Position numbers and translations under genes: made by a program. A DNA stretch of 64,000 nt from Candidatus Nanopelagicales bacterium (GTDB taxonomy: Bacteria > Actinomycetota > Actinomycetes > S36-B12). Shown one piece after another: positions 43,348 to 51,199 of the stretch. Where the stretch lies: the NCBI GenBank assembly GCA_018402235.1, contig JAGYJJ010000002.1, forward strand, positions 92,069-156,068. The letters run 5' to 3'. The notes beneath the pieces are model-generated. The model was given only the letters and a program-made list of their open reading frames with translations. It did no database searches and was not told the DNA's origin. Each line of letters opens with the position of its first letter. Position 1 is the stretch's first letter.

Positions 43348-43982
43348 TCCTGATCACCTCCGACCGGTAGGAGCCCGCGCTGCTGCGCATACTCTGTTAA
43401 CAATCCGCGCAGGCTTTTTCTTCCCCGATGGACGCGGGACATGACGGTGCCCACAGGTGTTTCCATAATCTCGGCAATCTCCTTGTAGCTAAATCCCTCG
43501 ACATCTGCCAAATAGACAGCCGTACGGAAATCCTCCGGCAAGGCGGCTAGCGCCTCGTTAATGTCTTTATCCCCCAGCCGCTCGAGTGCTTCAACTTCCG
43601 CCGAGCGAACACCACCGGCGGTTCGAGTCTCGATGTCGAGCAGTTGTCCGTCGGTGAGCTCTTCGGCCGAATCTGAATTGGGCTGTCGTTTGCTCTTGCG
43701 ATAAGCGTTTATGTACGTGTTGCGCAGAATTCGAAAGAGCCATGCCCGCAGGTTTGTTCCCTGTTGATACGAACCGAATGCTGCAAAAGCCTTGGCGAAT
43801 GTCTCCTGCACCAGATCCTCAGCGTCGGCGCTGTTGCGAGTCATTCGAAGAGCGGTGCCGTAGAGCTGGTCGAGGTAGGGCAACGCATCTTCCTCGAAGA
43901 TCGCGGCAAGTTCAGCAGCGCTGATCTGGGGCCCCATAAGGGCATCGTCTTCCGAAAGCGCATCGTTCACGACGTCGGTCAT
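43344..43982 (-). CDS. sigH: ECF sigma factor SigH/SigR-like (212 aa)
   Basis: Region 2 ([14 protein letters not shown]...[12 protein letters not shown]) and region 4 ([24 protein letters not shown]) are present, and the gene is paired with a ZAS anti-sigma factor. Confidence 0.9.
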   Translation of the reverse strand: MTDVVNDALSEDDALMGPQISAAELAAIFEEDALPYLDQLYGTALRMTRNSADAEDLVQETFAKAFAAFGSYQQGTNLRAWLFRILRNTYINAYRKSKRQPNSDSAEELTDGQLLDIETRTAGGVRSAEVEALERLGDKDINEALAALPEDFRTAVYLADVEGFSYKEIAEIMETPVGTVMSRVHRGRKSLRGLLTEYAQQRGLLPVGGDQE

Positions 43983-43988
43983 CGAACG

Positions 43989-44711
43989 TCAGCCTACGTG
44001 CAGGATCGGGCCTACGGGCATGGTGAGGTCTGGACCCTCGTTGCTTGAGCGGTTCACGGCGGTCGAGACCGGATACGCCTCCAGACCCTGCGCACTGTGA
44101 TCAACGATAAGCCGCAATAACCCCCCGACTTCGCTCTCCTGCGTTACCCCGCTCAGCCACGGGTGCCACATGTCCGACTGAACTATTACTGGCATTCGGT
44201 CATGCACGCGACTCAGCCAGTTGGGCGGATCTTGGGTAAGAACGGTGAAGGTTCGCACTGTTCCATCGGGACCGCGCCAATCTTCGAAGAGCCCAGCCAA
44301 GGCAAGTGGGTGACCATCGGCCGAGTGGATGTAGAACGGCTGCTTGGGTGGTCGTGTCCCCGCTCCACCTGAAGCACCCAATGCACCCGCCTGCCACTCG
44401 TAGTAGCCATCAACGGGCACAAGACAACGACGACGCTTGAACGCCGAGCGGTACGCCGGCTTATTCGCCACGGTCTCGCAGCGCGCATTGATCATCGAAC
44501 TCGCGCGGCTGGCGTCTTTGGACCACGAGGGAATGAGTCCCCAACGCGCCACGTCCACGGTCCGTGTTCCTTCATGATCGGCAACGATGAAGGACTCTTG
44601 GGTTGGTGCGATGTTGAAACGTGGAGGTAACTCAAAGTCAGGCAGCTGCTCGGCTTCGAACCATCCGGCCACCTCGGTGCCGTCTTTCGAGGCCGCGTAT
44701 CGTCCACACAC
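43989..44711 (-). CDS. SOS-response-associated peptidase (SRAP/DUF159, YedK-like, Rv3226c-like)
   Basis: Homology begins at GTG-TGT (fMet-Cys2): (M)CGRYAASKDGTEVAGWF...FNIAPTQ...ARWGLIPSW...INARCETV...RRCLVPVDGYYEW. The SRAP catalytic Cys must be residue 2, so the start is set at 44711, not the track ATG 44888. Confidence 0.85.
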   Translation of the reverse strand: MCGRYAASKDGTEVAGWFEAEQLPDFELPPRFNIAPTQESFIVADHEGTRTVDVARWGLIPSWSKDASRASSMINARCETVANKPAYRSAFKRRRCLVPVDGYYEWQAGALGASGGAGTRPPKQPFYIHSADGHPLALAGLFEDWRGPDGTVRTFTVLTQDPPNWLSRVHDRMPVIVQSDMWHPWLSGVTQESEVGGLLRLIVDHSAQGLEAYPVSTAVNRSSNEGPDLTMPVGPILHVG

Positions 44712-44782
44712 GCATCTATTGTGCGGCCATCCGGCTGCACGCAGTGGGCAGCACACCTTCCGGCTCGGACTACCCTGATGGA

Positions 44783-46129
44783 GTGTCGTCGGAAGCACCC
44801 TCTGAGCGCTCGCCGCATTCGTGGTGGGCTGCACCTCACTGCACCACTCCCCTCGATGCCCAAGTTCGCGTCCCTGGGTCAAAATCACTCACCAACAGGG
44901 CGTTGATCCTCGCCGCGCTCAGCGATGGACCTAGCCAGGTTTCTGGAGCACTGCGATCACGAGATACCGAACTCATGGTGGCCGCACTCACCACCATGGG
45001 AATCGGGGCTCGGATAGCTGCCTCCACCGCAGCCTCCATGGACGTCGAAGTCATGCCCCATTACATGCACACCAGTGAGGGCACCTCCATCGACGTGGGA
45101 CTGGCCGGAACAGTCATGCGCTTCCTGCCGCCAGTGGTGGGGCTCAGCCAAGGACCTGTCATGTTTGATGGAGATTCCGCCGCTCGGCGCAGACCCATGG
45201 CTACCTTGATTGAGGCAATGCGCGATATCGGCATCGAGGTGGACGATGCCGGCACCGGCAAACTCCCCTTCTTGGTGCACGGGCATGGAAAAGTTCCGGG
45301 CGGCGAAGTGGTGCTGGACGCATCGCGATCGAGTCAGTTCGTGACGGCACTTTTGCTTTCAGCGGCACGCTTTGAAGCCGGCGCGACTATCCACCATGTG
45401 GGGCAGCGACTTCCGAGTACGCCACATATCGAGATGACGATTCGCATGCTCGCCAAACATGGAATAGCCGTGCGCAGCACAGAAGATCCACCGGTCGAAG
45501 GCTTTGAACGCTTCACCTGGCACGTCGATGCACAAGAACTCAACGCCCACGACTGGCACATTGAACCGGATATCTCCAATGCACTTCCGTTCATCGCTTC
45601 CGCGCTCGTCACCGGTGGGCGTGTCCTCGTCGAAGGTTGGCCGGTTGAGTCACTGCAGCCCACCGACTCAGTTCTTCAGGTTTTGAACGCCTTCGGGGCA
45701 ACTTTCCAGATCGCACCAGAAGGCCTAGTTGTAGAAGGACCAGACACAATCGTGGGAGTGGATGTGGATCTGGCCGATATTGGCGAGACCGCTCCCACCA
45801 TGGCCGCTATTGCGCTATTCGCCTCCGGCCCCAGCACGCTACGCGGAATCGCACATCTGCGCGGACACGAGACCGATCGGCTCGCAGCCCTTGAGACGGA
45901 AATATCCAACCTCGGCGGAATGATTCAACAGACCAACGACGGACTCACCATCAAGCCGGCACCCTTGCATGGCGGCAGATTCCAGACTTATCACGATCAC
46001 CGCATGGCCACCACCGGCGCGATCATCGGCCTGCGCGTTCCAGAGGTCATGGTTGAAAACATCCACACAACGTCCAAGACGCTTCCGAACTTCACCGAGC
46101 TTTGGACGTCTGCGACCACCGGGTGCTGA
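44783..46129 (+). CDS. aroA: 3-phosphoshikimate 1-carboxyvinyltransferase (EPSP synthase)
   Basis: VPGSKSLTNRALILAALSDG, LRSRDTELM, and DHRMATTGAIIGL at the C-terminus are present. The start is approximate (GTG 44783). Confidence 0.88.
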   Translation: MSSEAPSERSPHSWWAAPHCTTPLDAQVRVPGSKSLTNRALILAALSDGPSQVSGALRSRDTELMVAALTTMGIGARIAASTAASMDVEVMPHYMHTSEGTSIDVGLAGTVMRFLPPVVGLSQGPVMFDGDSAARRRPMATLIEAMRDIGIEVDDAGTGKLPFLVHGHGKVPGGEVVLDASRSSQFVTALLLSAARFEAGATIHHVGQRLPSTPHIEMTIRMLAKHGIAVRSTEDPPVEGFERFTWHVDAQELNAHDWHIEPDISNALPFIASALVTGGRVLVEGWPVESLQPTDSVLQVLNAFGATFQIAPEGLVVEGPDTIVGVDVDLADIGETAPTMAAIALFASGPSTLRGIAHLRGHETDRLAALETEISNLGGMIQQTNDGLTIKPAPLHGGRFQTYHDHRMATTGAIIGLRVPEVMVENIHTTSKTLPNFTELWTSATTGC

Positions 46130-46139
46130 GGATGATTCG

Positions 46140-47135
46140 GTGACCAAGCATTCCCGGCTCGACGAAGATGATGTCCGGATCCGTCCCGGTCGATCCAAGA
46201 GCAGGCGAAGAACCAAAGAGCGCCCCGATTTCCACGATGCGACCGAGGCGACAGTCACCACAGTGGACCGCGGACGCTTCACCATTGTGTCCTCTGATGG
46301 AACCCAGCACTACGCAATAAAGGCCCGCGAAATGGGACGTAAGGGCATCGTGGTGGGCGATGAAGTTGAAGTGGTCGGACTTTCCCACGTCACTGGAATA
46401 GACCGAGTTGAACGTGAAGATTTCGCGCGGATCGTCCGCCGCTTCGCACGCGTTACCACATTGCGACGAACCGCCGACGATGTCGATCCCGTGGAACGCG
46501 TGATCGTCGCCAATGCCGATCAACTCGCGATCGTGGTGGCCGCTGCCGACCCCGAACCACGCCCCGGACTCATCGACCGAGCCGTGGTGGCGGCTTTCGA
46601 CGCCGGGATTACGCCGATGCTGATCATCACGAAGACAGACATCGCGTCACCCGAACCCTTGGTCGAGCTGTACGGACCGCTCGACGTTCCCATCTACGAA
46701 GTCCACGATAAAGTCGTTACGACAGCAATCCGCAATGCCTTCACCGACCACGCCACAGTCTTGGTTGGTCATTCAGGTGTGGGTAAATCGACCCTCGTCA
46801 ACTCTTTGGTTCCCACCGCTGCGAGGTCCACCGGGGGCGTGAATCTCGTCACCGGCAAGGGTCGACACACCTCCACTAACGTCATTGCACTTCCATTGCC
46901 CGATGGCGGCATCATCATCGATACCCCCGGTATTCGCTCCTTCGGACTTGCGCACGTGGACCCTGCCCGAGTTATCCACGCCTTCTCGGACATCGAACGC
47001 GCATCACAGTCGTGTCCGCGTGGGTGCACCCATGACGATCAGCACTGCGCGCTTGATGCCGATCCGACCATGAATCCATCGCGCCTGGAATCGCTTCGCC
47101 GCCTCCTGCGGAGTCGGTCGCAGATCGAGTACTGA
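46140..47135 (+). CDS. rsgA: ribosome small-subunit-dependent GTPase A
   Basis: GHSGVGKSTLVNSL, DTPGIRSF, and the Zn-knuckle CPRGCTHDDQHCA are present. GTG 46140 lies 10 nt after the aroA stop. Confidence 0.88.
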   Translation: MTKHSRLDEDDVRIRPGRSKSRRRTKERPDFHDATEATVTTVDRGRFTIVSSDGTQHYAIKAREMGRKGIVVGDEVEVVGLSHVTGIDRVEREDFARIVRRFARVTTLRRTADDVDPVERVIVANADQLAIVVAAADPEPRPGLIDRAVVAAFDAGITPMLIITKTDIASPEPLVELYGPLDVPIYEVHDKVVTTAIRNAFTDHATVLVGHSGVGKSTLVNSLVPTAARSTGGVNLVTGKGRHTSTNVIALPLPDGGIIIDTPGIRSFGLAHVDPARVIHAFSDIERASQSCPRGCTHDDQHCALDADPTMNPSRLESLRRLLRSRSQIEY

Positions 47136-47141
47136 ACGTGA

Positions 47142-47633
47142 CTACTGAGGTGGCACCTGACCCGGTCGAGTGTTCTCGATGATGGCCCCCCATGTCGCCT
47201 CGGCTCCGGAGTGCCCGGTGATGATCGTAGATAAGACGACACCAAACGAACCAAGAATGACGATGACACCCAGACCGACAAGCCACCACGGGCGCGACCG
47301 GTTCCCAGGAACACCCCTCGCGACCAGCCAATAGGCGAGCACCAGGGCGAAGAAGATCGTCGCGTGCAGCGGCAACGCGTTCCCGTACTCAACGTGGGGT
47401 TCGGGGAAACCAACCCGCGAAGCCAACTGCTCGCCCGATCCACGGCTGAGCCACGCAGCGGCCGTTCCCAATCCTGCTCCGGCAACGGTCACCCACCCAA
47501 GCGGGTGGATCAGGCTGCGACGAACGACGATCAAAACAGCGCCGATCACAGCTAACGGAATGAAAACCACCGTGGCGTGAACGATCAAGACGTGAGTCGG
47601 TAGCCCGAAGACCGTGTCGAGGGGTGAGCTCAC
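47142..47633 (-). CDS. integral membrane protein (163 aa, about 4 TM helices; DUF2231-like by recollection)
   Basis: Hydrophobic ORF with a GTG start, convergent with rsgA. Confidence 0.55.
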   Translation of the reverse strand: MSSPLDTVFGLPTHVLIVHATVVFIPLAVIGAVLIVVRRSLIHPLGWVTVAGAGLGTAAAWLSRGSGEQLASRVGFPEPHVEYGNALPLHATIFFALVLAYWLVARGVPGNRSRPWWLVGLGVIVILGSFGVVLSTIITGHSGAEATWGAIIENTRPGQVPPQ

Positions 47634-47694
47634 GCAAGCAGCCTAGGCCAGTACCGTCGATACGGTCGCTTTTGATTGCTCTACATTCGGCTCC

Positions 47695-48483
47695 ATGGAC
47701 GCAGCGATGAACGACCTTGCCATGGCGTTGCAACTGGCCGACGCTGCCGATGCCGTCACCATGGACCGTTTTCAGTCGACCGATCTCGTGGTGGAAACCA
47801 AGCCGGACATGACCCCCGTCAGCGATGCCGATCGCGCTGCGGAGTCGGTAATTCGTGAACTTCTGGCAACCCATCGTCCCGATGATGCAGTTCACGGCGA
47901 GGAGTTTGGAAGCCAGTCCGGCCAGCGTCAATGGATCATCGATCCGATCGACGGAACCAAGAACTTCGTCCGCGGGGTCCCGGTATGGGCAACTCTCATC
48001 GCTTTACGTGAAGGTGACGCAATCACCACAGGAGTCGTATCCGCTCCCGCCCTGGGCCGACGCTGGTGGGCAAGCATCGATACAGGAGCGTTCGCAACAG
48101 CTCCTGGGGAATCAGAACCTCGACACCCGCTTCGTGCGAGCCTGATTGAAAATCTCGCTGACGCGTCCTTCAGTTTTTCCGATGCGATCGGCTGGCCGGA
48201 GAGATCCCTCGAGCGACTTCTCGCCAGCACGTGGCGCCAGCGTGGATACGGCGACTTCTGGTCGCACCTGATGGTTGCCGAAGGGGTGATCGATGTCGCA
48301 GCCGAGCCGGCGCTGAAGATCCACGATGTTGCAGCACTCGTTCCCATCATCGAAGCATCAGGGGGGCGCGTCACTGCCTTCGACGGCTCCGCTTTGCTCT
48401 GGAACGATCCAACGGTTGAATTCTCGGCTCTTACAACCAACGGCGTTCTTCACAATTCGGTCGTGGATCTCCTCCAGCACTAG
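47695..48483 (+). CDS. hisN: inositol-monophosphatase-family histidinol-phosphatase
   Basis: KPDMTPVSDADRAAE and WIIDPIDGTKNFVRGVPVWATLIAL are present in a 262-aa ORF. Confidence 0.8.
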   Translation: MDAAMNDLAMALQLADAADAVTMDRFQSTDLVVETKPDMTPVSDADRAAESVIRELLATHRPDDAVHGEEFGSQSGQRQWIIDPIDGTKNFVRGVPVWATLIALREGDAITTGVVSAPALGRRWWASIDTGAFATAPGESEPRHPLRASLIENLADASFSFSDAIGWPERSLERLLASTWRQRGYGDFWSHLMVAEGVIDVAAEPALKIHDVAALVPIIEASGGRVTAFDGSALLWNDPTVEFSALTTNGVLHNSVVDLLQH

Positions 48484-48544
48484 CCGGGAGCACCCCAGCA
48501 CCCCCACCATGGAGGGGCCACTAGGCACCAACGGGAGGACGATC

Positions 48545-48979
48545 ATGCAGGTTGCGCAGATTATTTCGGGTAAGGGCCAGGAGATCTATTCGATTTCCCC
48601 GGACTCCGCGGTAAGTGACCTCGTTGCCGAACTCAGCGCACACCGGGTGGGGGCATTACTGGTGCGCGATGCCGCTGGGACCCTGGTAGGGATTGTCTCC
48701 GAGCGTGACGTAGTCCGTGGCCTCGCAACCGATGCGTCACTGGTCCAAGCAAGCGTGGAGTCGATCATGACTAAGGATGTCGTGAGCGTGCGCCCCGACT
48801 TTGAGGTTTCCGACCTCACCGGCTTGATGACGGAAAAGCGCATCCGACACGTCCCGGTCATCGACGACCAGGGAACCCTCGTGGGGTTGGTTTCGATCGG
48901 CGATGTTGTCAAGGTGCGCATGGACGAACTCGAGACCGAGCGGGCCGCCCTCGTCGACTACATCACCCAAGGAGGCTAG
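48545..48979 (+). CDS. CBS-domain pair protein (144 aa)
   Basis: RBS GGGAGGA precedes ATG 48545. There are two CBS repeats (HRVGALLVRD...GIVSERDVV and IRHVPVID...GLVSIGDVV). Confidence 0.8.
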   Translation: MQVAQIISGKGQEIYSISPDSAVSDLVAELSAHRVGALLVRDAAGTLVGIVSERDVVRGLATDASLVQASVESIMTKDVVSVRPDFEVSDLTGLMTEKRIRHVPVIDDQGTLVGLVSIGDVVKVRMDELETERAALVDYITQGG

Positions 48980-50331
48980 CGGGGCTCGACGATAAGTGGC
49001 ATCCCGCCTCGAGGGCGAATCGTGACCAGCGGGTCGCCTTCGGGTAACTGCCCACCGGGTGGCTGGCGGACCGTGAAGCGTCGCGCCAGTTGCGCCACCA
49101 TCATGACTGATTCGACGTACGAGAAGTCCCGTCCAATGCACAAGCGGGGCCCAGCGCCAAAGGGAATGTGCGCAAATCTTTCGACTTCGTTGAGGAACCT
49201 CTCGGGGTGGAATTCATCGGGCTGATCCCACAACTGCGGATGCCGGTGCAGCAGCCACGGGCTCATGATGATGAGTGCGCCCGCCGGGACGTGGACACCA
49301 TCGATAACGTCGTTGCCTAGTGCCGACCGCGTGATCAACCACGCGGGTGGATACAAGCGAAGCGTCTCATCGATCACCGCACGGGTATAGGTGAGCTCTC
49401 GGTAGTCGGCGAACGTGATAACGCGATCAGGTGCAACCGAATCCGCTTCCTGCGCAATCCGATCCCCCACCTGCGGGTGAGCCGCAATCAGGCCCCAGGC
49501 CCAGCCCAGTGCACTCGCAACCGTCTCGTGCCCGGCCACGATAAACGTCACCAACTGGTCGCGAATCTCGGAAATAGCCATCGGCCGGCCAGCATCATCT
49601 CGAACCGAGAGCAGCATTCCCAGCAGATCCTCGCCCGAATCCGATCCGCGGGCCTCGACCATTTCCGCCACGGCAGCGTCAAGGCGAGCAACCGATCTAC
49701 GCAAGACCCTGTTGGCGGGGGTCGGCAACCATCCTGGGGGCGTGATCGGCACTCGGGCACGCGCCACCACCACGTCCAGTGCTTCCAACGTAGCTGCGGC
49801 GATGTCGCTGGACCTTCCCGTCAGATCCGTGCTCATCAACGAAGCCGCCACCACTTCCAACGCCGCGCCCATCATGAAGGCGTCGACATCAATCACCGTG
49901 CCAATCGGCAGACCGGCCCACTGCCGCGCAACTCGCTCGGTGGCTTCACTTACGTGGCTACCGATGTCCTCCAACGCACTGTGGTGAAACGCGGGTTGGA
50001 GAATCCGACGCTGGCCACGCCACGTATCGCCGTCGGAGGTGAGTAAACCTTCGCCGGTAACGAGCGATAAGGCGCGGTATTGAATAGTGGACTTGCTGTA
50101 GTTGCGGGCATTGTCAACCAAGACACGACGCACTCCAGAGGGGCTATTGACGAGGTAACTGGGCGGCCGCGGAACGGGGAACTGCGCGATATCGCCATAT
50201 TCACGCCATACCGCGTGGAGGTACTCCAGGGGGTTCTTGCGGATGACCCCGAAGGCACGCAGCATGTCGGGGCCCAAGGGCCCAGGGGCGGTTGCCGGCG
50301 TTCCCAGGAAACTCGTCGGCCGCTTGCTCAC
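48976..50331 (-). CDS. cytochrome P450 (451 aa)
   Basis: The heme-binding loop FGAGPRLCIGRDFS, the I-helix AGHETV and the ExxR motif (ETLR) are present. The GTG start overlaps the EthD stop. Confidence 0.9.
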   Translation of the reverse strand: MSKRPTSFLGTPATAPGPLGPDMLRAFGVIRKNPLEYLHAVWREYGDIAQFPVPRPPSYLVNSPSGVRRVLVDNARNYSKSTIQYRALSLVTGEGLLTSDGDTWRGQRRILQPAFHHSALEDIGSHVSEATERVARQWAGLPIGTVIDVDAFMMGAALEVVAASLMSTDLTGRSSDIAAATLEALDVVVARARVPITPPGWLPTPANRVLRRSVARLDAAVAEMVEARGSDSGEDLLGMLLSVRDDAGRPMAISEIRDQLVTFIVAGHETVASALGWAWGLIAAHPQVGDRIAQEADSVAPDRVITFADYRELTYTRAVIDETLRLYPPAWLITRSALGNDVIDGVHVPAGALIIMSPWLLHRHPQLWDQPDEFHPERFLNEVERFAHIPFGAGPRLCIGRDFSYVESVMMVAQLARRFTVRQPPGGQLPEGDPLVTIRPRGGMPLIVEPR

Positions 50332-50633
50332 GAAGGCAGAATCTGATTCTCGTCCACGAACAGCCGCACCCGTGACGCAACATGATCCAGCGAGTCTTGC
50401 GCTACCGACGTGCCGATCGCCGTTGCATAGGCAGCATCGAATGAAGCGCGGTCGTCAAACCACAACTCAGCCACTCCGTCGATTCCCTCACCCTCGGTCA
50501 CCTCGTTGAACCTGATCTCCCGAACCCCCGGCAATTGTCGCGCCAACGGCGCGTGCTCTTCGAGCCACCAATGGGCGAATTGCTCGTGGCTCATGTCCGA
50601 TCGCCTGGTCAACAAGATCATGGCTTTGAACAT
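50328..50633 (-). CDS. EthD-domain protein (101 aa)
   Basis: RBS GGAGGAG precedes ATG 50633. MFKAMILLTRRSDMSHEQFAHWWLEEHAPLARQLPGVR is typical of EthD. Confidence 0.75.
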   Translation of the reverse strand: MFKAMILLTRRSDMSHEQFAHWWLEEHAPLARQLPGVREIRFNEVTEGEGIDGVAELWFDDRASFDAAYATAIGTSVAQDSLDHVASRVRLFVDENQILPS

Positions 50634-50641
50634 AGCTCCTC

Positions 50642-51199
50642 CTACTGCGGTTTCTTCACGCGCGCCCCAGGACGCCCGCCGCACGACAACGCCAGTGCGA
50701 TGACGATCTCATCCGCATGGGGGGCATCGGGAACAGAAATATCCACTGCATCCATGTCATCGAAGACCCACCGATCGTCCTTGTTCCCGATCGGCATCGT
50801 GATCGGGGCTCCTAGACCGCCAACCTTCTTCGTCCCAGGAATGATGTCGACCCCTCCGCCAATAGCTACGCGAACAGGTGCCCCGAATCGTGGATGCAAG
50901 ATCGCCGCCGAATGCTCGCGATCCCCATCGACTCCGATGATGGCTCCTTTGCCATAACCGCGAACGTCTGCCGCGTTGAGATCCAACGCCTGAAGCACGC
51001 GCAAGCACCGATCAACCAAAAACGCAGCCGACTCACTGCCCAGCACCTCAAGTTCGTCGAGATCTTCCACACGCCCCCGACCAGCCAGCGGGTTATGCAC
51101 CACAACAGCGCACGTTGCCACGACGGTGGGCGGGTCGATCACCGAACCTGCCTCGCTCATCGTCTCGTGAACAGCAGAGTGGACAGATCGGATTTTCAC
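50642..51199 (-). CDS. amino-acid-synthesis (AA_synth, PF06684-like) family protein (185 aa)
   Basis: NPLAGRG...YGKGAIIGVDGDREHSAAILHPRFG...DAPHADEIVIALALSCGGRP matches my recollection of that family. The start overlaps the fbiC stop (ATGA). Confidence 0.7.
   Translation of the reverse strand: MKIRSVHSAVHETMSEAGSVIDPPTVVATCAVVVHNPLAGRGRVEDLDELEVLGSESAAFLVDRCLRVLQALDLNAADVRGYGKGAIIGVDGDREHSAAILHPRFGAPVRVAIGGGVDIIPGTKKVGGLGAPITMPIGNKDDRWVFDDMDAVDISVPDAPHADEIVIALALSCGGRPGARVKKPQ

Noticed and set aside
43983-44160. SigH/SigR autoregulatory promoter (GGAAT-N18-GTT) upstream of sigH
   Set aside because: I read the minus strand of this interval and found no convincing match. It cannot be excluded without a PWM scan.
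44621-46139. Long N-terminal extensions of aroA (from 44621) and rsgA (from 45969), and similar extensions of gatA, gatB, ligA, GT4, the acetyltransferase, xthA and EthD in the ORF track
   Set aside because: The extensions overlap the upstream gene and lack homology. Better starts with RBS or stop/start overlaps exist at the coordinates given in the features.
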